A stretch of DNA of 64,000 bases from Octopus vulgaris (GCA_951406725.2 OX597819.1:124310001-124374000), one strand, 5' to 3'; positions 12,423 through 24,748 are shown, counted from the stretch's first letter. The notes: generated by a model not told the origin, from the letters alone. Made by a program: numbers and translations.

Positions 12423-12816
12423 GGATCTTTTCGGTTTGAACGGCAGTTTTTCAAGCGGTGTCATATGAAATTGTCACTCATAATTATCACCCTAGTATCG
12501 ATCTATTGCATTTCAATCTGTTTTAGGGTTAGGGGAAGGGTATCTTTTTTCTCTTCACAAGTGTAAATAAACCCTATCTGTTTCTTAAACGAGGGACATA
12601 TTCATACGGCACAGAATGTTTTCACCTCAATAGACGTCATTGATTGGTTGAAATTGAAGAAAAAATAACAAATATCTTACAAACTATAGAATTTCCTTAA
12701 TAAAGCCAAGAGAAAAAGATATTTTATAAACACATTCTACCAGTATACGAAGTTTAAAAGTGTTTAGTTACGTGGAAATTATTTAAAAAAACTGCCGTTC
12801 AAACAGAAAAGATCCC
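12423..12816. mobile_element. MITE, inverted relative to 5990-6376
   Basis: GGATCTTTTCGGTTTGAACGGCAG ... CTGCCGTTCAAACAGAAAAGATCC. Confidence 0.8.
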
Positions 12817-13305
12817 ATATACATACATACACACATTTAACGTGCGTATTTCCCCTGAATTTGGGTACTACTTGAGAACAGTGACCCCGGTGCGCGCACT
12901 CGCGCTAGCTAGTCATGACTAGTCAATCCTTTGTGTTTTATTTACTTTGTTTTAAAAAAATTATTTATTTTGCTGGGTTGTCATAGGATCGACTAGTCAC
13001 GACTAGCTAGCGCGCGCACCGGGACCACTGAATTTGTACGAAGTTCAGAAAATGCTGCAAGCAGTACTCAAAATACATGTTTGGCCAGCAAAAGTTACAC
13101 ACTCTGTTACTGCCTTATTTTTTCTCTCAATAAACCATACTAAAGAAAAAAAATATATCGAGTGCATCTTTAAAGAAATATTCAATGTATTTTGAATTCT
13201 TACACCTATCTGCAGGAAGGGGAAAATATATACTGAAATTACGCTATCGAATCCTACTTAAACCAATGGTCAAATGAAATGGATCTGAAAACTATATTTA
13301 TATTC

Positions 13306-14050
13306 TACAGGGTGTCTACAAAGTCTGGGTACATGGAGCAAATAAAATCATAACACAGATAGTAATTTTTTAAAGTATGTGTTAATCTCCATGTGGGTAC
13401 ATGGAGTAAATACAATCATAACATAAATAAATATAAAAATAATTTCTTAAAGTATGTATTAATCACCATGTGGGTACATGGAATTGATAAAATCATAACA
13501 TAATGAATTAACCATAAGAAATAATAATTTTTTAAAGTATGTGTTAATCTCCATGTGGGTACATGGAGTAAATACAATCATAAAATAAAGGATTAAATAT
13601 AAGAATAGTAATTTCTTAAAGTATTGTCAATCTCCATGTGGGTAAATGGAGTAAATACAATCATAAACAATTAACCATAAGAAATAATAATTTCTTAAAG
13701 TATGAGTTAATCTCCATGTGGGTAAATAAAATCATAACGTAAATAGTAATTTCTTAAAGTATGTGGTAATCTCCATGTGGTTACATGGAGTAAATACAAT
13801 CATAAAATAAAGAATTTAATATAAGAAATAATAATTTCTTAATGTATTAATTCCCATGTGGGTACATGGAGTAATCATAACATAAAGAATTAAATATAAG
13901 AAATAGTATAATTTCTTAAAGTATTGTCAATCTCCATGTGGGTACATGGTGTAAATAAAATCATAACACAAAGAATTAAATATAAGAAATAGTAATTTCT
14001 TGAAGCATGTGTTGATCCCCATGTACCCGGACTTTGGTGGACACCCTGTA
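13306..14050. mobile_element. Tc1/mariner-type MITE with an internal ~80 bp tandem array (9 units)
   Basis: TA|CAGGGTGTCTACAAAGTCTGGGTACATGG ... CCATGTACCCGGACTTTGGTGGACACCCTG|TA. Confidence 0.85.
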
Positions 14051-14479
14051 TAATATTATTAAAAGCCTGGGTATTTTTGGATATTAATTAACGAAAAAAA
14101 GCAGTTATGTCCCTTCTCTACCTTGGGATCACAGATACCATCACAACACACAACACAGCTTGAGATGGTTATGTGTGATCAAAACATTGTCAATTAAGAT
14201 AGGAGACTGCACCACAAAGTATATAAATAACCGCCTAAAAGACTTACGATAGAATCACGAAGTATCTTAAACTGAAGACACCTCGAACCATAACCGTACT
14301 GTGAAGCATCAACCTAATTACTTACATAGGCTATTTTCTTTGTTATCAAAGACTAGGAAGGAAAATTTTTTTAAAATCCTTATAAACATACACAAATTCC
14401 TATTGCGGTATATTCGGTCGGGGTCAATGAAAAGTGTAAGATCTAACTGCTGTCTAAATATGACCCTGTTTATTTTAGA

Positions 14480-14867
14480 CTAGCAGTATCGCCCGGCGTT
14501 GCTCGGGTTTGTAAGGGAAATAACTATATAAGCACTTTTAGAGAGTTATAACCAAAAAATAGCAAAAAAATGCATTAAAAATAGAAAAAAAATTATGGTA
14601 ATTTTTTTTTTTAATCGTTGACTCATCGTAGACATTTTTAGAGAGTTACTTCCCTTATATAATAGCGAAAAAAATGCATTAAAATGAAAAAAAATTATTG
14701 TAAATTATTTTAAAAATCGTAGACGCGCGCTAATACCCAGAAGGGCTCGATATGAATCACGACTATAAGATACCCGCTTTTGGTTACACTGCACCGCAAA
14801 ATGTGTGAGTAGTTAGGAATCTAAATCGTAGGAGACAGACACACAACCTCACTTTTATATATAAAGA
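14480..14867 (-). mobile_element. Non-autonomous Helitron (second family)
   Basis: Minus strand A|TC...CCCGAGCAACGCCGGG hairpin...CTAG|T; AT target, no TSD. Confidence 0.8.
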
Positions 14868-15735
14868 TATTGCTGAAAATAAAGTTTGGGGATCTGAGTA
14901 AATGGGGTCGGGTACCTTAATTGCTGCTTGCTCAGTATCACTAACCTCAGTCGTCAACCACGCTAAATTTTTGAAATTCATTAACCTATAAACACACATT
15001 GTTCGAATAATAATAAGAATAAGAGAAAGAAATTACCACCGGAAGCTGATTAAAAGCACGCCGGGGAATAAGTAGAAACAATGTAGGAGTTTTTAGCAAA
15101 TCTTAGTGAAGATACCAACGAAAAACTATGTCCATTCGCTTCAGATTTCCATTTTTAAACTGAAATAAACGTTGGTGGGTGATTAAAATGTGGTTAGTAG
15201 ATGTAGATGTGAATCGATTGTGTAGGAAATCGCGAATATAATGATATATAGAGCGAATTGTTATGAAGAGGGGGGAAAAAAGAAGCTTCCATGTTAGTCA
15301 GATTGAAGCTTTTAGTTCGTACCACGATACCAAGGAGTCGAGGAGAGAGACAATAAAATTGGTCAGAAAGTCGGGGATTTCATTTTCACTTTGAGTGGAG
15401 CCAACAGATGCGATTTAAAACAAAAGCAATCGAGATAAACAGAAATGGGTACTTGTACCCAGAAATATCATCGACAATACGTGTCTCCTGCGTGGAAAAT
15501 AAACCGTAAATGTCTAAAATCGTAACTGAAAATTTACATTCTCACATTTTCTACTTCAATGATCGCACATGAAAATTCGTAATAATCACATTTCAAATAC
15601 TGAACCATCAAAACTGGTCAACAATTCGATAATTTCCACATAAAAAGTTAAACTATTTTACATTTACAACAAATATCTGATTAAAACAACGACAGACTTT
15701 CACAAAATGTAGAAAAAATATGGGTAAAAGGATAC

Positions 15736-16005
15736 AGCAGTAACCCAAAAGTTGGGAATTTTCTTAATAAGCTCGTTTCTCCGATCGAAATATGGTCTTC
15801 TTAATTTGTTAAATTTCTGTTCAACTTTCAGGATTTCCTCGCTAGCTTTCTCGTTCAGGGCATCGATTTCGTTCTGACATGAATCGATGTCTTCCAAAGC
15901 CTTTTGGGTTTCACTATCGAAATCCCGACTCTCTTCAGCTTCAGAGCTCGCCTCCGAAACGGCTACTTTTTGTACTTTGCGTGGTGTTCCCGTTCCTGTT
16001 TCCAT
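15736..16005 (-). CDS. SET: SET/TAF-I (NAP-family histone chaperone) coding exon 1
   Basis: METGTG...QKALEDIDSCQNEIDALNEKASEEILKVEQKFNKLRRPYFDRRNELIKKIPNFWVTA matches the SET dimerisation helix; 90 codons, ends at a GTATCCTTTT donor (phase 0). Confidence 0.96.
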
Positions 16006-16610
16006 CTTTGATGATGCTGATCCCTCGACGTTGCTGCTGCTCTATTTTTCTCTCCTTTTTTCTTTTATAAATGAAATAATGAATATTTCGCAGTTAACAC
16101 CTGGACAAAATAAAAAAAAAACTGGCAACAATTGAGCTAGCGGTGCTCAATCTCTGTGTGCGTATATATATACGTGTATCTATATCTATACATATACTTA
16201 TATATGTGTACTAGGTACAGATATACATACACATGTATAAAGATATATATATATGTATATGTATATATATATACACGAGTGATTTTTTTTTTTTAGGTTT
16301 CTGTACTGAAAGTGTTGAAAGTATTGGTAGCCGCGAGTGTTGAATTACTTTTGGTCTCTTCAACTAAATTGAAAACGGGTTGAGTCGATGAGTAAATCTA
16401 ACAAATAACAACGTTTGCAAAAGTTTGCAAGGTACCTTTTGCGCAAATACTCACGCTTCACGCGGGAGTATGAAATCAGAACAGTATCGGCGACGCGATT
16501 GGTCCAACTAAATGAATGGCGCCATCTCGATAAATTATCAGCCAATCGCCGGAGACGTCACATGAGTATTCTCCACGGTAAACATCCGGGCACTGGAACC
16601 TGTGAACAAG
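16006..16610. promoter_or_regulatory. Bidirectional promoter / 5' UTR region shared by SET and RSBN1
   Basis: Head-to-head ATGs at 16005 (-) and 16611 (+); CpG-richer than flanks; inverted CCAAT boxes at 16498-16502 and 16542-16546; palindrome ATGGCGCCAT at 16516-16525; CRE-like GACGTCA at 16554-16560. Confidence 0.8.
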
Positions 16611-17283
16611 ATGGAGGAAGTTGAACCCGAAGAAGACAAACCAGTAAGCACTGCCGAAGCTAACTCTTTCCTGGCTTTAGATTTTGGCTGTAAACAAACC
16701 TGCGTCGGCGAAGAGCTGCCGTCGAGCGGGCTGGATATCGGGAAAAGTAGTGAGAGCGAAACGCAGGACGAGCTGTCGGTAGCAGGCGTAACTAAACGAG
16801 ACCTTCAGAGCTATCGCAATTTACCTGGTCTTCTGTCACCACATGCAGCAGCTCATGTTGTGAAGGACGACAGCGACAATAATAATACGACTGCAGCAGC
16901 AACAACAACGTCGTCAGCAACACCCACGGCTACTACTACTACTTCTACTACAACAACAACACAAGCACCAGACGCCAAAAGGCCTAAACTTTCTGCTTCG
17001 TTGCCGTCGCCTGGCCATCAACAACTGCCCGACCCTTGCGCTAGTCCCGAGTCCGGGAAGAGAAAGAGGATCCAACATGACTATCGTCGACTGTCCAGTT
17101 CTGGATACATGGACGACTACGTTAGCGGCAAAGAGAGGCGTTTCTCTTCGACCAGTGATTCCGATGTGAGCTCTTCGCCGGCCTCACCTAAACCCAAAAC
17201 CAATTCATCATCGAAGGTCAAAATGATCAAACAATCGCCCAATTCCTCTGAAACCTCCCTCAATGGATTACCTTCAAATAAAG
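16611..17283 (+). CDS. RSBN1: RSBN1/RSBN1L-like (KDM9) lysine demethylase coding exon 1, low-complexity N-terminus
   Basis: caagATGG start context, open frame MEEVEPEEDK...LPSNK, G|GTAAGC donor in phase 1 that matches the phase-1 acceptor at 43801; assigned by phase and position, not by homology of this exon. Confidence 0.82.
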
Positions 17284-17324
17284 GTAAGCGATATTTCTTT
17301 CAAGAACGACTCATAATATTTTCG

Positions 17325-19055
17325 ATGGGGTATATATATATGTATATATATATTTATTTGTATATATATAAATAACAAAATTACGTCCTGCTTTTTCGTG
17401 CTCAAAATTCCCACTATTATAAAAAGTATATACGTGTGTATATGTATATATACGTGTGTGTATAAATGTATATATACGTGTGTGTATATGTATATATACG
17501 TGTGTGTGTATATGTATATATACGTGTGTGTGTATATGTATATATACGTGTGTGTGTATATGTATATATACGTGTGTATATATGTATATATACGTGTGTA
17601 TAAATGTATATATCCATGTGTGTATAAATGTATATATCCATGTGTGTATAAATGTATATATCCATGTGTGTATAAATGTATATATCCATGTGTGTATAAA
17701 TGTATATATCCATGTGTGTATAAATGTATATATCCATGTGTGTATAAATGTATATATCCATGTGTGTGTATATGTATATATACGTGCGTGTATATGTATA
17801 TATACGTGCGTGTATATGTATATATACGTGTGTGTATATGTATATATACGTGTGTGTATATGTATATATACGTGTGTATAAATGGGGTATATATATATTT
17901 ATTTAGAGATATATATAAATATAACAAAATTACGTCTGCTTTTTCGTGCTCAAAATTCCCACAATTACAAAAAGTAGATCCTCCTTCCCGAACATTATTT
18001 ATTTACATCTCTACATAATTAGGGCAACTCCCTTTTTTTCCCTTCTTCTGGGAGGTGATGGATTATATCAAAGGCTCTCGATATGATTTATCGAATTCCC
18101 TTATTTATTTCCATTTTGAACATTGGGAGCACTTTGTCTAAACTAACCGAATTAAAAGTACGGCGTCATTATATATGCCCACGATATTATATAAATTATA
18201 AGTATATCTCTTATGATGTATAAATGAAATTGTCAACTGCAAAGATGTATTGTTAACAAGGATGTTGAGAGGGACTTCGAAGTATCGGCCAGGAGTCCGG
18301 TAATAGCTTAGATGGGTGAAATATCGAAGTTACTGTCAACAATGTTCTTGAATTAAACGTTTGTATTTTACAAAAGTGTAGAGATTAATGTAAAATTGTT
18401 TTTCTTTCAGCAACATAAAACCAAACAATCTATATTCGTATACGTATATTCATTTTATATATACGTGCGTGTGTATAAATGTGTATATACGTGTGTATAA
18501 ATGTGTATATACGTGTGTATAAATGTGTATATACGTGTGTATAAATGTGTATATACGTGTGTATAAATGTGTGTATAAATGTGTATATACGTGTGTATAA
18601 ATGTATATATACGTGTGTATAAATGTATATATACGTGTGTATAAATGTATATATCCGTGTGTATAAAAGTATATATCCGTGTGTATAAAAGTATATATCC
18701 GTGTGTGTGTATATGTATATATACGTGTGTGTGTATATGTATATATACGTGTGTGTGTATATGTATATATACGTGTGTGTGTATATGTATATATACGTGT
18801 GTGTGTATATGTATATATACGTGTGTGTGTATATATGTATATATACGTGTGTGTGTATATATGTATAGATACGTGTGTGTGTATATGTATAGATACGTGT
18901 GTGTATATATGTATATATACGTGTGTATATGTATATATACGTGTGTATATGTATATATACGTGTGTATATGTGTATATACGTGTGTGTATAAATGTATAT
19001 ATACGTGTATGTATAAATGTATATATACGTATGTATAAATGTATATATACGTGTT

Positions 19056-19098
<43 letters not shown>

Positions 19099-20130
19099 TT
19101 GTATATATATAGATATATTTACATGTGTATATGTATATATATGTTGGAAGTATTGGAGATGATGTACAGATTTAATACATATGAAGAAAAAAAGGTGTTC
19201 AGAATGCTGGATGGTTGTAAAAATATGTATTTATTTACATAACACTAGTACCCATATCGCATATTATTTCTTCATATTAGCGCTTTCAACTACTCCTGTA
19301 GTTTCATCAGAAAATGATTTATATGTACGTATGTATATGTGCGTGTGTGTGTGTGTGTGTATGTCTACGTGTGTGTGTGTATATATGTATGTCTACATGT
19401 GTGTGTGTATATATGTATGTCTACGTGTGTGTATATATGTATGTCTACGTGTGTGTAAATATGTATGTCTACGTGTGTGTAAATATGTATGTCTGCATGT
19501 GTGTATATATGTATGTCTACATGTGTGTATATGTCTACGTGTGTATATATGTATGTCTACGTGTGTGTATATATGTATATCTAGGTGTGTGTATATATGT
19601 ATATCAGTGTGTGTGTATATATGTATATCAGTGTGTGTGTATATAATGTATATCTACATGTGTGTATGTTTATCTACATGTGAGTGTATATCTACGTGTG
19701 TGTGTAAGCATATCTACGTGTGTGTATGTGTATATGTATGTATATATGTGTACCTGTGTATATGTATGTATGTGTACATGTGTATATGTATGTATGTGTA
19801 CATGTTTATATGTATGTATGTGTACATGTGTATATATGTGTATATGTATGTACATGTGTATGTGTGTGCATGTGTATATATGTGTATATATATATATGGG
19901 TGTGTATATGAATGTATATATGCATGTGTACATATGTATATATGTGTGTGTATATATATCTGTGTGTATATATGTGTGTGTATATATTATCTGTGTGTAT
20001 ATATGTGTATGTCTGTATATATATGTGTATGTGTGTGTGTATACATGTGTAATATATGTGTATGTATATATGTTTATATATATTATATAATGTGTGTGTG
20101 TATATATGTGTATGTATATATATATTGTGT
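17325..20130. repeat. Compound (TA/TG)-based micro/minisatellite blocks in RSBN1 intron 1 (17325-17920, 18455-19145, 19320-20130)
   Basis: Units such as TATATACGTGTGTGTATATG and TATATCCATGTGTGTATAAATG; source of the C/V/Y/I/M-rich spurious ORFs. Confidence 0.95.
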
Positions 20131-20134
20131 ATTT

Positions 20135-22060
20135 ATTTTACTTCATCTAGTTTCAGCTCATGAGCTGTGGCCATGCTGGGGCACCGCCATTTGGTGTTGC
20201 TACATAATTTTACTTCACAAATGCTTTTTAGCAATTGACATTTGATGCAGCTGCCCTCATCTGCACCTCCTGTCGCGAAGTTGGTTCATCTGGGACACCT
20301 GACAGTAAGAGGTCCAGCTTTATTTTGAAGACACCTACATCCACCCCATGCAGGTCTCTCAGGTCCTTCAGGAGGATATTGAAGAGCTGTGGACCTCTGA
20401 AGCCCAGGCTATTGCAGTATCTTGTCCTACATCTTGATGGCAAATTTGGAGTCCTTGGCACCATGCAGTGGTGCCCAGTTCTAGTATTTGTGTAACTCTC
20501 AATGCCAAAGTTTGGGACAAGTCCTTTCAGGATCTTTCAGATGTATATTATGGCATATCTTTCTCGCCTATGCTCTAAGGAATAGAGTCTTAATCTCTTG
20601 AGTCATTCCCAATAGCTTATATGCTGTACGGAGGCTATCTTCTTCGTGTAGCTTCGTTGGATTGCCTCAAGTTCTGTGATTAACTTGACACTGGATGGTG
20701 ACCATAGCTGAGAGCAATAGTCAAAGTGGCTGAGGATAAGTGTTCTCCAGAGGACCATCATGGTTTCCTGGTCTCTTGTTCTAAGAGTTCTAAGAATCCA
20801 TCTGGTCAACCGCCTGGATTTCATTGCCAATTTAGCAACATTCACATGAAAGGTTGCATCATCATGTAAATGCCCAGGTCTCACACTGATTGTGCCTCTG
20901 GGATTGCAATCCCTCCAGGTCCAGTGTATTGGGTATTGCATTTAGTTTTGCATGCTGATAGTCCATGGCTTGAAACTTTTCAGCATTAAACTGCATGCTA
21001 TTCTTTTCAGCCCACTTGTATATTTCTTGCAGGTGCATAGTTTCTTCAGGATTCTGTATTACCTGTGAGACTCTTGTATCAGCTGCATAACTTGTGATCA
21101 TGGCTCTCTGTGTGGTTGAGGGCATGTCTGAGAGGGCCATTATGAACAGTAGTGTTCCCAAAACAGTGCCTTGTGGAACACCGCTCACTATTTGCGTGTC
21201 ATTGGAGGTGGACCCATTGGCTTCAGAAAGTCATGAAGCCATTCTCCTAATTTTCCAACTATGCCGAGCTCTACCTGCGACGATTTCATCTCAATCGAAG
21301 GAGAGGAGCTTTCTCCGTCCGGGTTGCGGATCCGTGGAACAAGCTGCCAGACGAGATGGTGAAGATACCGACAACTGCTTTGTTCAAAGCCTCCCTGGAC
21401 CTCAAGTGGCCTGATCTCTTTACATGAACACCACCCTGTACTTAACTCCATGTCCCCCTACATGGCCTTGCTATTTGCTTTTGGTCCAAATTAACTAACT
21501 AACTAACTAACTAACTAACACAGTTTGTGACATCATTCCATGATCGACTTTATCAAAGTCCTTTGCAAAGTCGAAAGATATCGCTTCCACATTTGAGTTG
21601 TTGAGCAGCTGTTTCAGCACCCAGTCACAGTGTTGTAAGAGCTGAGTTAGGCAGTTTCTTCCTGGTCGGAAACCATGTTGGGTGTCAGGCAGCAAGTCAT
21701 TTTCTTCAAGGAAGGCGATTAGTTTTCTTCTGACTATTCGTTCCATGTGCTGATGTGTGAGGTCAGAGAGATAAGTCAGTAGTTCTTGTCCTCCGCTCTG
21801 CTACCTCCTTTATGAATCGGGCATATTTTACCCTCCTTCAGTTTTCTTGGAAGCTCTGAAAGAGGGACTGCAGTGGTCTTGCTAGGACTCGCTTACATAC
21901 TTTTAGAAGACCTGCTGGAAATCCATCAGGGCCAGCAGCTGAGTTTAGGTTCATTTCATCTATGGCCCTTATTACATCGTCTTCCTTTATATTGATGTAA
22001 TTGGTCATCATTGCCTCTGTTTTTATATCTGCAGTGGTAAAGAAGTCAGTTGCATTAATG
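20135..22060 (-). mobile_element. Decayed CR1-group LINE (RT and 3' end)
   Basis: AAGPDGFP, QHGFRPGRNCLTQLL, DFAKDFDKVDH, SGVPQGTVLG, YAAD, HFDYCSQLWSP, RGPQLFN; multiple frameshifts. Confidence 0.9.
21266..21518 (+). mobile_element. 3' end of a different CR1-type LINE nested antisense in the above; (TAAC)n tail
   Basis: RRGAFSVRVADPWNKLPDEMV...FKASLD then stop, short UTR and (TAAC)7; splits the host RT between HKL and LGIVGK. Confidence 0.8.
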
Positions 22061-22064
22061 ATTT

Positions 22065-22485
22065 GTATGTATGTAAGTATATATATCTTGTATGTATATA
22101 AGTATATATATCTTGTATGTATATAAGTATATATATATCTTGTATGTATATAAGTATATATATATCTTGTATGTATATAAGTATATATATATCTTGTATG
22201 TATATAAGTATATATATATCTTGTATGTATATAAGTATATATATATCTTGTATGTATATAAGTATATATATATCTTGTATGTATATAAGTATATATATAT
22301 CTTGTATGTATATAAGTATATATATCTTGTATCATCATCGTTTAGCGTCCGTTTTCCATGCTAGCATGGGTTAGAGTGTAGTGGGTGCTTTGATGATGAT
22401 GATATATCTTGTATGTATATAAGCATATATATCTTGTATGTATATAAGTATATATATCTTGTATGTATATATATCTTGTATGTAG
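22065..22485. repeat. Minisatellite TATATATATCTTGTATGTATATAAG (~27 bp units)
   Basis: About 10 near-identical units plus decayed copies. Confidence 0.92.
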
Positions 22486-22677
22486 AAATATTATTTCTAA
22501 GCCCCTCTAAAGGAGACTACGGCAGCGGTACTGTATATTAACAGTTATCGCCAAGCTAATATGGCAGTCCATAAATATAGGAGGAAAAGCTCCAAGAAGC
22601 CATTGCCTCTTGCTAGCTATATAACGCACGAACCTTCGAACAGTGGGGGTCAGCCGCTTCCCCTTACTGGTCAGGCA

Positions 22678-22720
22678 TTTGCAGACAAGTTTCAGGTTAT
22701 TTGCCCTTTATCAATGCAAA
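22678..22720 (-). ncRNA. Degenerate hammerhead relic
   Basis: TTTGCA-TTGATAA-AGG..CCT-GAAAC-TT-GTC-TGCAAA; perfect stem I, two core substitutions. Confidence 0.5.
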
Positions 22721-23325
22721 GTAGCTGAACACAGCAGGCATCGCTGCTGAAGGATTATTTACCTAATTTCAGTGGAATACATCCACTGGTTTTCAAAAAT
22801 AGTGGAAAACTATATTGTCTTGCATTCCAGTATACAATTTTCACATTTCTAAACTAACTATATGAACTATACTGGAATGCAAGACAATATGACGGATTTT
22901 GAGTATGAATATTATGGATTATTGCAGCAGAATAACCAAGGAAGTATATATGGATTTAAAGACTCTCATCAAAAATAGTAATTTATATTTTACATTTCAA
23001 ACAAACACCATTTTACAATTTTACTTCAAATTAAAAAAAAAAAACTGTCATTCGATATATTATACAATATTCATATTTTATATCTCTGAAGAGCAGAAGA
23101 GTTGTCTATAAATGCTTATCAATATAGGATTTCATTATAGAGACAACTCTTCTGTGAAACGATCGTAAGATGCTTAAATAATTAATTCAAAGCTTTTAAA
23201 CTATCAAATTTATTTTATATATTATTTTATATATATTTTTAATACAATAAGTTCTCTCACAAGGGTATATCTTTATAAGTTTGGATATTAATTTCCTTAT
23301 ATTAATAATAATATATTATTAAAAA

Positions 23326-24070
23326 ATGTATGTATGTGTATGTATATGTATGTATTTGTATGTATATGTATGTATTTGTATATGTATATATATATATATG
23401 TGTATGTATTTGTATATGTATATATATATATATGTGTATGTATTTGTATGTATATGTATTTGTGTGTATATGTATATATATGTATATATGTATGTGTATG
23501 TATATGTATATATATGTATATATGTATGTGTATGTATATGTATATATGTATGTGTATATATATGTATGTGTATATATATGTATGTGTATATATATGTATA
23601 TGTACATATATGTATATATATATAAAAAAAGTACAAAATGGGACAAGAATGCAAAACATTTAGAAGACGATACAAAAAACTCGGACGGGTCATTCAGAGT
23701 CTTCAAATCTTCAGTCTAGAACCGGATCATCCTCGCAATTTCGGCTGATTAATCTTGAGATTGCTCAAATCTGGCCAGCCCCAAGGAAAAACTAAGCTAA
23801 GCGCATTAGATTCCTTGGAAAAAAGCTTCGAATGTATACGAAACAAGGATGGAAAACGGACGATGTTACACGAATATGAATACAAAAATAATACAAAAAA
23901 AAATAACAATAACAGGCGTCTTTCAACTTAAGTACATATATGTATATATATGTATATGTATGTGTATATATATATATATATGTGTGTATATATGTGTGTC
24001 TATGTGTATATATATGTGTGTGTATATGTGTATATATAAATGTATATGTGTGTGTGTATATATGTGTGTG

Positions 24071-24101
<31 letters not shown>

Positions 24102-24572
24102 TTGTATATGTGTATATATATATTTGTATATGTGTATATATATATTTGTATATGTGTATATATATATTTGTATATATATGTATGTATATATATATTTGTA
24201 TATGTGTATATATATATTTGTATATGTGTATATATATATGTGTATATGTGTGTTTATATATATGTGTATATGTGTGTTTATATATATGTGTATATGTGTG
24301 TTTATATATATGTGTATATGTGTGTTTATATATATGTGTATATGTGTGTTTATATATATGTGTATATGTGTGTATATATATATATGTGTATATGTAGAAA
24401 TATTTATGTATATGTATATATGTAGAAATATTTATGTATATGTATATATGTAGAAATATTTATGTATATGTATATATGTAGAAATATTTATGTATATGTA
24501 TATATGTAGAAATATTTATGTATATGTATATATGTAGAAATATTTATGTATATGTATATATGTAGAAATATT

Positions 24573-24611
<39 letters not shown>

Positions 24612-24664
24612 GTTTATATATGCGTGTGTGTATATATATATATATATATACACACGTTTATATA

Positions 24665-24698
<34 letters not shown>

Positions 24699-24748
24699 CA
24701 CACGTTTATATATGCGTGTGTATATATATATATATATATATATATTAT
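23326..24748. repeat. Compound microsatellite blocks with a short embedded repeat at 23625-23935
   Basis: (TATG/TG/TA)n and TATATGTAGAAATATTTATG units. Confidence 0.9.

Larger units (their letters stand above)
5879..15735 (-). other. SET: U12-type (minor spliceosome) GT-AG intron 1 of SET, 9857 nt
   Basis: 5' splice site GTATCCTTTT (15735-15726); branch site TTTCCTTGAC (5900-5891) ending 10 nt before the terminal AG; no long polypyrimidine tract between branch site and AG. Confidence 0.92.

Noticed and set aside
12522-12540. TTAGGGTTAGGG telomere-like repeat
   Set aside because: Only two units, internal to a MITE family
13330-14030. Regularly spaced palindromic repeats resembling a CRISPR array
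   Set aside because: The apparent spacers are copies of each other, the array sits within MITE TIRs, the DNA is eukaryotic and no cas genes are present
15700-15735. C-terminal VSFYPYFFYIL of the 101 aa SET ORF
   Set aside because: Read-through into the U12 intron; homology continues in exon 2
16602-16610. ORF track start for RSBN1 at 16602
   Set aside because: It is a GTG; the ATG at 16611 has a strong context
16562-16624. Out-of-frame upstream ORF overlapping the RSBN1 start
   Set aside because: Cannot tell whether it lies within the transcript without start-site data
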